DNA of 64,000 nucleotides, from positions 12,068-76,067 of the forward strand of contig JACPCW010000088.1 of the NCBI GenBank assembly GCA_016184365.1, given 5' to 3'. The notes under the pieces are model-generated. The model saw nothing but the letters and a program-made list of their open reading frames with translations. It had not been told where the DNA came from and did not search any database. Positions within the stretch are counted from its first letter, which is position 1. Every line of letters starts with the position of its first letter. A program made the translations under genes and the position numbers. This stretch comes from Candidatus Rokuibacteriota bacterium (GTDB taxonomy: Bacteria > Methylomirabilota > Methylomirabilia > Rokubacteriales > CSP1-6). Positions 54,345-64,000 of this stretch are shown here, in pieces.

Positions 54345-54441
54345 GATCATCCTCCGTCGGTGCACTACTCGCTCGTGGGGCGCACGTGCCTGATCAGGAA
54401 GCGACGCAGGAGCGCGGCCACGAAGGCGATCAGCGTGCGCT

Positions 54442-57400
54442 TCATTCGGGCGTCGACGCGATCTTCGCGTGAAGGCGCGTCGGCTCCTTGGCATCGATCA
54501 GCGGCGAGAGCGCCGGCATCAGGATCCCCAGTAACCGCACAGGGAGGGCACTGGTGAACTCGTACTTCGCGGCGTTCGGGCCGGGAACATACGCGGTCAC
54601 GGTGCCGAAGAAGCGATCGTCGATGAGGAACGCGAAGGTCGCCACCCGGTTCACCACGCGGGACTCGATCAGTCCGCCCTGCGCTCCGTACGTGTTGTAG
54701 CGGTGGTCCCCCGTGCCGGTCTTGCCGCCCACGACGTGCGTGACGCCCGCGTCGCGCCGGAGGGCCTGGTTCAGGCTCCGCGCGGTGCCCTGTTGCACCA
54801 CGCCGACCAGAGCGCGGAGGACCACCGCCGCGATCTCCGGGCTCATGACCTGTCGCCCCGCCGGCGCCGAGGAGCTGAGCCGCGTCTCGTACGGGGTGTC
54901 CGCGGCGAAGTGGAGCTGCTCCACGAGCACCGTGGGAGAGCGCACGCCATCATTGAGGACGATGCCCATGAGCTCGGCCAGGGCAGCGGGCCGGTCGCCG
55001 GAGCTCCCAATCGCGGTGGCCAGGGAAGGGGTCAGGGACGCGAACGGATAGCCCAGACGCTGCCAGCCGCGATGGATCTCCAGGAAAGCCTCGAGCTCCA
55101 GCAGGGTGGCGATGCGAGTGTCTTGAGCGTTGCGGCGCCGGCTCGTGAACAGCCAGCGATACACCTCCTGGCGCTCTACGGCACTGGCGCCGAGGACCTG
55201 CGAGAGGTCGGCGCGCGGGTGGCGACGCAGATAGGCCACCAGCCACAGCTCGAGGGGATGGACCCGCGCGATATGGCCTCTGTCCATGAGGGAGAAGCGG
55301 GCGGCCGCGTACTTCTCGAACAGCCCCGCGATCGCGCGGTCCGAGAGGGTGGTCCCCGGCAGACGCTGCACCAGGAAGGCCTCGAGGGCCTCGACACCGG
55401 CATCCGGGTTCACGGAACGAAAGACGGTCGCCAACCCGGCGGGTGTGGGATGGAGCCCGCTCAGCAGGAGGCCCAGGGCTTGTTCGGGAGTCTTGCCCTG
55501 GTATTTCCGATAGAACCGCCGGAGGAACTCGCTGCCCTCACGTTCGGCGAAGCGCGTGAGGTAGGCGTGCCGGCGAGGGTCGGCCGGGTCTTCCAGCACC
55601 CGCGCGAGGGAACCCGGTGCTTCGAAGAGGGCGTGATCGACGATGTCCCGCATCAACCGAATGAACACGAGGTTCACGGAATCGCGAAAGCCCTCGCGGA
55701 CCGACGGCACGCGGGCGTTGTCGTCCGGGTTGAAGTTGTGGAAGGTGTGGAGCCCGCCTCCGGTGAAGAAGGCCTGGTCGGGGCTCGCCGAATAGCGGCG
55801 ATCCATCGCCGCCTCCAGCATCGCGGTGAGGCCCGCGCCAGGGGCCTGGGCGAGATACTCGACGGCCCAGGCGGTGAGGCGGTCGCGGGGAGGGATCTTC
55901 ATCGCGCGCAGCTGCTTCGCAGTCAGGTCGGCATAGCGGTGGTGCAGGGTGGCGATGACTTCCAGGTAGGTGATGAGCGTGCGCAGCTTGGCCGTGGAGC
56001 CGAGGTCGAGCTTCGCTCCCGCGTTGATGTCCAGGGGCTGGTCGAAGTTGTCCGTCTGCACCCGGAGCCAGTTGACGCCGGGACCCCGTTCGTAAAGCGT
56101 GACGCTGTAGATCATCCGGGCCGGGTCGCCCCGCTCCAGCAGGTGGAATCCCTTCAGCCCCAGAGCCTCTACAGTGGTGGGATTCCGCAGGGACCGTAGC
56201 ATTCGTGTCACGGCCTCCTGCGAGGGCCCGTCGAGCGTGCTCCGCACGGTGAGATCGAGGCGGTCCAGATCGTACAGGGCGGGCACACCGAGCATCGTGC
56301 TGAGCCTGGCGCGAACGAGATTCGCTCCCTTGCGCTCGCTGAAGTCGGCCGCCACGAGCTGGCGTCCCATCTGGAAATCAAGTCCCCGCCCCAGGGCAGC
56401 GTCCCGCAAGCTGCCGTCGATGATCCCCGCCTCGGCCGCGATCCGCAGATAACTGTCGCTCAGCGCATCGAGCGCCTGGCGATTTTGGACGAGATAGTAC
56501 GAGGGGCGACGTGCGGCCAAGATCAAGCTGAGCACCTGTTTGTACGCTCGCGCGCGGGTCTCGGCGGAGGCCGAGGAATCCGTCAATAGACGGTTGGCTT
56601 CGACGACGTCGACTCCATACCAGGTCCACAAGCCGTCGCCGAGGCCTTGGACCTCGCCGAACCCGGGGGCGGCGGCCAGCGGCACCGAGTTGAGATAGTC
56701 CACCACGATTTGGCGTCGGGCGGGCAGGGTGTCCGCTCCGCCCTGGTAGGCGCGCAGGCTGGCGGACAGCATCTGCCGCAGCTTCTCCCTGGCCGAGTGG
56801 GTGCGGCCGTCAGGGGAGTGGCGGAACTTTTCGAGCTGAGTCGCCAGCGTGCTGCCTCCGATCACCCGGCGCTGATCGCCCACGAGAGTCAGCGCGTTGA
56901 TTCCCACGGCTTTGCCCAAGCGCTCCCATTCGACGGCCGGATTACGGCGTGGGTGGCGGGTGTCCAGCAGTTGCCGGTCCTCGACGAAGAGGAGCGTCAT
57001 CACCACCAGCGGCGGGATCGTCTCGAAGCGTTCATAAATTCGTGCTGGGACGCGGACCCTGTAGAGGAGCCTCTGGTCGCGATCCGCCACGTGCAAACCA
57101 GCCTGGGTCTTCTCGCGATAGATGGGAAACAGCCCCGACCCCGCCGCGTGTTGCAATCCGGCGGACAGCCGCGCCTGGCTGTCGATGCGGTAGCCGGAGG
57201 CTCGCAACCGCTTCAGAAAGTTCGGCAAGCGCGCGTAGCCGAGCCGGACATCGTACGGACCGTTGTCGGGAAAGTGCGGACTCGGGTTGGGACCGGACTC
57301 CAGGTGGAAGCGCAGTCCGCGAGCCAGCCAGGAAAACGTGTGGGCTTCGAGGTTGGCGGTCCGCACCTCCCAGAAGATGGCGAGGAGCACCAAGACGCTG

Positions 57401-57528
57401 ATGACCGACCACCGGAGGATCCGCGTCCGGAGGCCCGCCGTCCGTGGTGTCGTGGAAACGACATCGGCGTCGACGCCTCTGGCGGGAATGGACCGTCCCA
57501 GGACTGAATCCATGGCAGTCGTCTTCAC
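54442..57528 (-). CDS. large membrane-anchored glycosyltransferase-51 (transglycosylase) protein with PBP-like C-terminal domain
   Basis: LLFVEDRQLLDTRH and GGSTLATQLEK GT51 motifs, a long insert, and C-terminal GGKTGTG (KTG). Confidence 0.7.
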   Translation of the reverse strand: MKTTAMDSVLGRSIPARGVDADVVSTTPRTAGLRTRILRWSVISVLVLLAIFWEVRTANLEAHTFSWLARGLRFHLESGPNPSPHFPDNGPYDVRLGYARLPNFLKRLRASGYRIDSQARLSAGLQHAAGSGLFPIYREKTQAGLHVADRDQRLLYRVRVPARIYERFETIPPLVVMTLLFVEDRQLLDTRHPRRNPAVEWERLGKAVGINALTLVGDQRRVIGGSTLATQLEKFRHSPDGRTHSAREKLRQMLSASLRAYQGGADTLPARRQIVVDYLNSVPLAAAPGFGEVQGLGDGLWTWYGVDVVEANRLLTDSSASAETRARAYKQVLSLILAARRPSYYLVQNRQALDALSDSYLRIAAEAGIIDGSLRDAALGRGLDFQMGRQLVAADFSERKGANLVRARLSTMLGVPALYDLDRLDLTVRSTLDGPSQEAVTRMLRSLRNPTTVEALGLKGFHLLERGDPARMIYSVTLYERGPGVNWLRVQTDNFDQPLDINAGAKLDLGSTAKLRTLITYLEVIATLHHRYADLTAKQLRAMKIPPRDRLTAWAVEYLAQAPGAGLTAMLEAAMDRRYSASPDQAFFTGGGLHTFHNFNPDDNARVPSVREGFRDSVNLVFIRLMRDIVDHALFEAPGSLARVLEDPADPRRHAYLTRFAEREGSEFLRRFYRKYQGKTPEQALGLLLSGLHPTPAGLATVFRSVNPDAGVEALEAFLVQRLPGTTLSDRAIAGLFEKYAAARFSLMDRGHIARVHPLELWLVAYLRRHPRADLSQVLGASAVERQEVYRWLFTSRRRNAQDTRIATLLELEAFLEIHRGWQRLGYPFASLTPSLATAIGSSGDRPAALAELMGIVLNDGVRSPTVLVEQLHFAADTPYETRLSSSAPAGRQVMSPEIAAVVLRALVGVVQQGTARSLNQALRRDAGVTHVVGGKTGTGDHRYNTYGAQGGLIESRVVNRVATFAFLIDDRFFGTVTAYVPGPNAAKYEFTSALPVRLLGILMPALSPLIDAKEPTRLHAKIASTPE

Positions 57529-57574
57529 GCCATGACGCTGAGTGAGGGGAGGTCACGGCGGTGCTTCACTGCCG

Positions 57575-57603
57575 TATGACGGAAGCAGCTATGCCCCGGA
57601 TTC
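57575..57603 (-). promoter_or_regulatory. ECF-type promoter candidate GAATC-N17-CGTCATA
   Basis: The plus strand reads TATGACG-N17-GATTC. The -10 ends about 47 nt upstream of ATG 57528. Confidence 0.6.
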
Positions 57604-57718
57604 TCGAATGCCCGTTCCTGACACGACGGAAAGCCTGACGGGACGCTGACGAGGCCGCCGCGGACCGAGAGCGTCGCGAGTCCCTCGGTCCGCCGGCCCC
57701 TCGGTGAAGGGAGGACCT

Positions 57719-57886
57719 TTAGCCGCCGTCGCCCTGATTGCCCTGGCTGCAGTACTCCTGGAACGCAAAGACGTCGAGCATGTTGTCGCCGCTTCCCACC
57801 ATGGCCAACCCACCGCGTCCCACCGCGGCCGTTCCGCAGCCGGCCAGGAGGAGCGCTCCGACGAGGAGCAACATCGTCGTGTTCAC
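57719..57886 (-). CDS. small lipoprotein
   Basis: GGGAGGTG Shine-Dalgarno and GTG start. Lipobox LLLAGC; 55 aa. Confidence 0.5.
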   Translation of the reverse strand: MNTTMLLLVGALLLAGCGTAAVGRGGLAMVGSGDNMLDVFAFQEYCSQGNQGDGG

Positions 57887-58050
57887 TTCGTCACCTCCCT
57901 TCGTCGATGCACGTGATCGGCGCCGACCGGGAATGGAGACGTCACGGCGCGCCGGCGCGCCATACTTCAAACCGCCGGGCGCCCCGCGTCAAGGGCAACT
58001 GCTCTTTCGGCGAATCCTCGGAGGCGCGGTCTCCGTCTCATCCGCGGGTT

Positions 58051-58155
58051 GAACACGCCCTCGAGCTGTTCGCGTCCATCTACGGCGCCGAGGCGGGCAA
58101 CGTCGCGCTCAAGGCGCTCGCCGTGGGCGGCGTCTTCGTCGATGGCGGAATCGCA
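58051..58155 (+). pseudogene. glucokinase (Glk) internal fragment
   Basis: [35 protein letters not shown] matches the conserved Glk C-terminal region. There is no N-terminal part and the sequence diverges after GGIA. Confidence 0.6.
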
Positions 58156-58203
58156 CTGAAAAAATCCGCGATGAGCTGTGAACGTCGACGACGGAGGTAG
58201 GGC

Positions 58204-59574
58204 ATGGATCGCTACGATTTGCTCGTGATCGGCGGCGGCGCCGCCGGGATCAATGCACTCAAGCAGGGCTTGAAGCTGGGCGCGCGCGTGGCGCTGATCG
58301 ATTCGGGGCCGCTCGGGGGCGCCTGCATCAACCGCGGGTGAATCCCGAAAAAGACCTTGGTAAGGTCTGCGCGAGTTCATCAGCTGGTACGACACGCGGC
58401 CAACTTCGGCACGAAGACCGGCGCGGTGACGCTCGACTGGGACGCGGTCGTTCGTCGCCAGCGCGAGATCGTTCGCGAGCTCCAGCCGCCCCCCGCCGCG
58501 TTCGAGCGCTCGGGCGCCAGGGTCTACCTCGCCGACGCGCGCTTCGTGGACGCCCATACCGTCCGGGCGAACGGCGCGAGCGTCCAGGGCGACAAGATCG
58601 TCATCGCCGCCGGCTCCGAGCCCGTGGTGCCGGCGGTGGCCGGGCGCGACCTTGCGATCACCTCCGACGAGATCCTCTTCCTGCCGACGTTCCCCGAGAG
58701 CCTGGTGCTGGTGGGCGCCGGCGTCATCGGGCTGGAGATGGCGGGCGCCTTCGCCGACCTCGGCTCGCGCGTGACCGTGATCGGCCGCGACCCTGAAATC
58801 CTACCGGCGTTCGACCGCGATGTCGCCGCCTACATCCGGACGATCCTCGAGGGCCGGGGCGTGACCTTCTACCTCGGCGCGTCGCTCGAGCGGCTCTCGG
58901 GCACGACCGGCGCAGTGACGGCCCACGTCAAGCGGGACGGTCGCGAGCTCGTGGTCACCGCGGCGCAGGTCTGTCTCGCGGTCGGCCGGCGCTACAACCC
59001 GAAGCGCCTGGGGACCGACGCGCTCGGCCTGGTGATGGGGCGGCTCGGCCTCCGCGTGAGCGAGCACCTCAGGACGTCGCTCCCCCACATCTACGCGGCG
59101 GGCGACGCGGCCGGCAACCAGCAACTCACGCCGACCGCGGCGTACGAGGGGAAGCTCGCCGCGCTGAACGCGCTCAAGGGTGACGTCGCCCGTCCCGACT
59201 ACAGCGTCGTGCCGCAGACGATCTTCACCACGCCCGAGATCGGCGGGGTCGGTCTCACCCACGCCGAGGCGCTCGCCCGCGGGGTGAAGTGCCACGTCGC
59301 CACGCACGACATGCGTGGCGCCTCCAACGGGAGGGCCACCGGGGAAGACGCGGGCTATCTCAAGCTCGTGTTCGACGGGGCGACGGAGAAGGTCCTCGGC
59401 GTCCAGATGGTTTCCTACGCCGCCGCCGAACTGATCCAGCTCGCCGCCCTCGCCATCAGGACCGGCGCCGATGCGCACCTCTTGTCGAGCCAGCTCTCGA
59501 TCCACCCGAGCCACGGCGAGCGGTTGATCAAGGTCTTCGGCCACGAGCACCACGAGGTCTGCGAGCCCGAATAG
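58204..59574 (+). CDS. class I pyridine nucleotide-disulfide oxidoreductase (dihydrolipoamide dehydrogenase/mercuric reductase-like) with in-frame UGA at the second active-site Cys (candidate CxxxxU selenoprotein)
   Basis: GGAGGT Shine-Dalgarno. MDRYDLLVIGGGAAG..LGGACINRG-TGA-IPKKTL aligns with the family signature GGxCxNxGCxPxK. The TGA at 58339-58341 is in frame with the 405-aa ORF 58357-59574. Confidence 0.7.
58352..58368 (+). promoter_or_regulatory. candidate bacterial SECIS hairpin (17 nt)
   Basis: AGACCTT-GGT-AAGGTCT begins 10 nt after the UGA. Confidence 0.55.
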
Positions 59575-59601
59575 GCCGAAGGCTGCTTCGAGGGGTATCG
59601 A

Positions 59602-62256
<2,655 letters not shown>

Positions 62257-62308
62257 GGGCCGCCACGGAGCGGGCCGGCGGCCGATCCGCCGCGCGCGTG
62301 CCGGACGT

Positions 62309-62665
62309 CTACCGAGCCGTCCAGCGCACCGTCTTCTCGTCGGACGTGAGGACGACTTCGGGCTCTCCGTCGAGGACGCCGATCATCACTCGCGTGGTGC
62401 CGTTCTTGTCGTTGAGTTCCATCATGGGCCGCCCATCACCGGCGAGGCCGAATGACGCGTAAGGCGTCCCGTGCCCATCGACCACGACGAATCGCTGCGC
62501 CGCGACGACGGGAGGACCCGATGGCCCGAGCCCCATGAACAGCAGCAGAGCGGCAACCAGGACAGACAGCGTTCCGAACGCCCTCCACAAGCGTATCTGC
62601 CGCTCGAGTCGGTCGAGGCGTTCCATCACGGCATCGGTGATCGGCGCTCGCATGATGTTCTCCAT
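62309..62665 (-). CDS. membrane-anchored hypothetical protein
   Basis: 118 aa: a short helix LDRLERQIRLW, one TM, then a beta-rich domain. Confidence 0.55.
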   Translation of the reverse strand: MENIMRAPITDAVMERLDRLERQIRLWRAFGTLSVLVAALLLFMGLGPSGPPVVAAQRFVVVDGHGTPYASFGLAGDGRPMMELNDKNGTTRVMIGVLDGEPEVVLTSDEKTVRWTAR

Positions 62666-62708
62666 CGCCCTGGATCGGCCTGCGTTCCTTCCTTTGCGTG
62701 CGCTTCCG

Positions 62709-62737
62709 TAAGACGGGTGGGACTGCGAGCAGGATTC
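62709..62737 (-). promoter_or_regulatory. ECF-type promoter candidate GAATC-N17-CGTCTTA
   Basis: The plus strand reads TAAGACG-N17-GATTC. About 44 nt upstream of ATG 62665. Confidence 0.6.
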
Positions 62738-62755
62738 GGTAAGGGACGATCTCGC

Positions 62756-62784
62756 GAATCGTTCCTGCCACCGCGTCCGTCCTA
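62756..62784 (+). promoter_or_regulatory. ECF-type promoter candidate GAATC-N17-CGTCCTA
   Basis: Back-to-back with 62709-62737. About 120 nt upstream of ATG 62904. Confidence 0.55.
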
Positions 62785-62903
62785 TAGCCGACCCATGGCT
62801 CCACCCGCCTTGCCCTCGAGCAACGTGTGGCACATCGTGCCCCGGCCCGGCGGGACTGGACCGATTCGCCTCCGAGACGGAGGACGGAAAGGAGGTGAAC
62901 CGA

Positions 62904-63170
62904 ATGATCCCCAAGCTCGTCACGGCGGCATCGGTTGCTGCTCTGCTGACGCTGGCCGCGGGCACGGACGCGATGGCGCAGAAAGCCAACCCGTGTGCCG
63001 CGAAGAACCCGTGTGCAGCCAATCCTTGCGCGGCGAAGAACCCGTGTGCGGCCAAGAACCCGTGCGCGGCGAAGAACCCGTGCGCGGCGAAGAACCCGTG
63101 CGCGGCCAAGAACCCGTGTGCGGCGAAGAACCCGTGCGCGGCGAAGAACCCGGCCAAGAAGAAGTGGTAG
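62904..63170 (+). CDS. secreted NPCAAK-repeat protein (9 Cys units)
   Basis: GGAGGTG Shine-Dalgarno 6 nt before the ATG and a signal peptide ending TDAMAQ. The mature part is almost entirely (NPCAAK)n, ending NPAKKKW. Confidence 0.75.
   Translation: MIPKLVTAASVAALLTLAAGTDAMAQKANPCAAKNPCAANPCAAKNPCAAKNPCAAKNPCAAKNPCAAKNPCAAKNPCAAKNPAKKKW
62988..63146 (+). repeat. coding tandem repeat, 18-nt unit AACCCGTGYGCGGCSAAG x9
   Basis: Directly visible in the sequence. One unit lacks a codon (NPCAA). Confidence 0.95.
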
Positions 63171-63449
63171 CGCGCTGTTGATGCGCTCTGATGGGGCCGT
63201 CCGCTCGAGGGCGGCCCCGCCCCTCCGACGTCGACGGCGGGGTTTGCGCTCGCGCGGACAGGGCCACCGTCGGGCAGATCCACGACGCGGCTGATCCCGC
63301 ATCCGAGCACGCGTCTGAGGGACGGTAAGTCGCGACGCGCGTGCGCGCCCGCTGTAGTCAGCGCATACCAAGCGGACCTCGTCATCGACGCCACCGACGT
63401 CCGGTCGCGGCGTGACGAGGTTCCGCGAAGACTCCAACGAGAGGGAACG

Positions 63450-63557
63450 ATGCGACGCGAGACGGTCTTGCTGCTGCAGGGCGGCGGTGCGCTGGGGGCC
63501 TACGAGTGTGGCGTTTACAAAGCCGCACTCAAGGTGACTGGACTGGCGCGAACGTGA
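63450..63557 (+). pseudogene. patatin-like phospholipase N-terminal fragment (35 aa)
   Basis: MRRETVLLLQGGGALGAYECGVYKAAL carries the GGGxxG oxyanion motif. It stops after 35 codons and overlaps the convergent gene. Confidence 0.5.
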
Positions 63558-63828
63558 ACGAGTGCACGGTCACTCCGAACGCCGCGCCTCCCGCGGGCAC
63601 CGAGACCACGAAGTAGCCACGGCCGCCGGGCGGAACCTCACCAGCGACCGTGGCGTGCGTGTCACCCATCGGCTCGCCGGACGCGTCGAAGATCTCCACG
63701 CGGACATGAACGTCCGTGATCGGATGGCGGTAGTGGTTATGGATGTAGCCAGCGATGACGTGCCTCTGCCCCTCCACCCGGGGCTGCCACTCCATCCGGA
63801 AGAAGTGCTCTCGAGGAACGGAAATCAA
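63529..63828 (-). CDS. exported beta-sandwich-like hypothetical protein (paralog of 49386-49745)
   Basis: GYIHNHY..VHVRVEIFDASGEP..GYFVVSVP. The in-frame upstream extension encodes a signal peptide (RRTRPLVAALLALILFGASETHG) but has no ATG/GTG/TTG start. A CTG lies at 63930. Confidence 0.6.
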   Translation of the reverse strand: MISVPREHFFRMEWQPRVEGQRHVIAGYIHNHYRHPITDVHVRVEIFDASGEPMGDTHATVAGEVPPGGRGYFVVSVPAGGAAFGVTVHSFTFAPVQSP

Positions 63829-64000
63829 CTCGCCATGCGTCTCGCTCGCGCCGAAGAGGATCAGCGCCAGAAGCGCCGCGACGAGCGGCCGGGTGCGCCG
63901 TTCGTGCCGCTCCTCCTCCCGATTCGACAGTTCGAGATCGCTAGGGATGGCGGCACCCGGTCATGAACGGGCACACCGGCGGCTTTTCCGGGCCGGCGAA

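Noticed and set aside
62257-62283. Hairpin GGCCGCC-N12-GGCGGCC between the convergent genes 59602-62256 and 62309-62665, as a possible terminator.
   Set aside because: It has a short stem, a large loop and no U tract. It is not distinguishable from background GC-rich complementarity.
62988-63146. Regular 18-nt tandem repeats (also at 24568-24636 and 25105-25173) that could be mistaken for a CRISPR-like or VNTR array.
   Set aside because: The units are contiguous with no spacers. They are in frame and encode the NPCAAK peptide repeat inside well-supported secreted-protein genes.

Overview
GC-rich bacterial chromosomal window (about 70 percent GC by eye, not computed). Mla genes, a beta-barrel porin and an RND exporter point to a diderm organism. 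I found no rRNA, tRNA, CRISPR array, transposase or integrase. All functional calls come from recognising motifs and families by eye in the supplied ORF translations; no searches were run.

Layout:
- 1-20.5 kb (+ strand): catabolic island with six ICL/PEP-mutase-superfamily paralogs plus one remnant, two LeuCD-like dehydratase pairs, one MmgE/PrpD protein, two family-5 ABC importers and a GntR regulator.
- 20.5-33 kb: poorly coding stretch, then a minus-strand redox/metal gene string (P460-like haem protein, CC-motif membrane protein, haloacid dehalogenase, AhpD-like protein), NDH-2, a porin-peptidase pair and a STAS-ECF sigma operon.
- 33-49 kb: tightly coupled nine-gene operon that looks like a lipid head-group pathway. 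It sits divergent from an HpnN-like RND exporter, a lipid kinase, MlaC and MlaA.
- 49-64 kb: small exported proteins, a sigma-54 activator, a TlpA-like protein, a PBP-like transglycosylase, a flavoprotein disulfide reductase, a GH63-like glucosidase and a Cys-repeat protein.

Cross-cutting signals I consider most interesting:
- Nine intergenic copies of one ECF-type promoter motif (GAAYC-N17/18-CGTCNYA), all aimed at envelope genes, including both arms of the lipid locus.
- Two in-frame UGA codons that sit exactly at redox-active Cys positions. Each is followed at identical spacing by a 17-nt hairpin, so both are candidate selenoproteins.
- A novel NPCAAK hexapeptide Cys repeat present in two secreted proteins.
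- Two inverted copies of a MITE-like palindromic element.
- Five short gene remnants.
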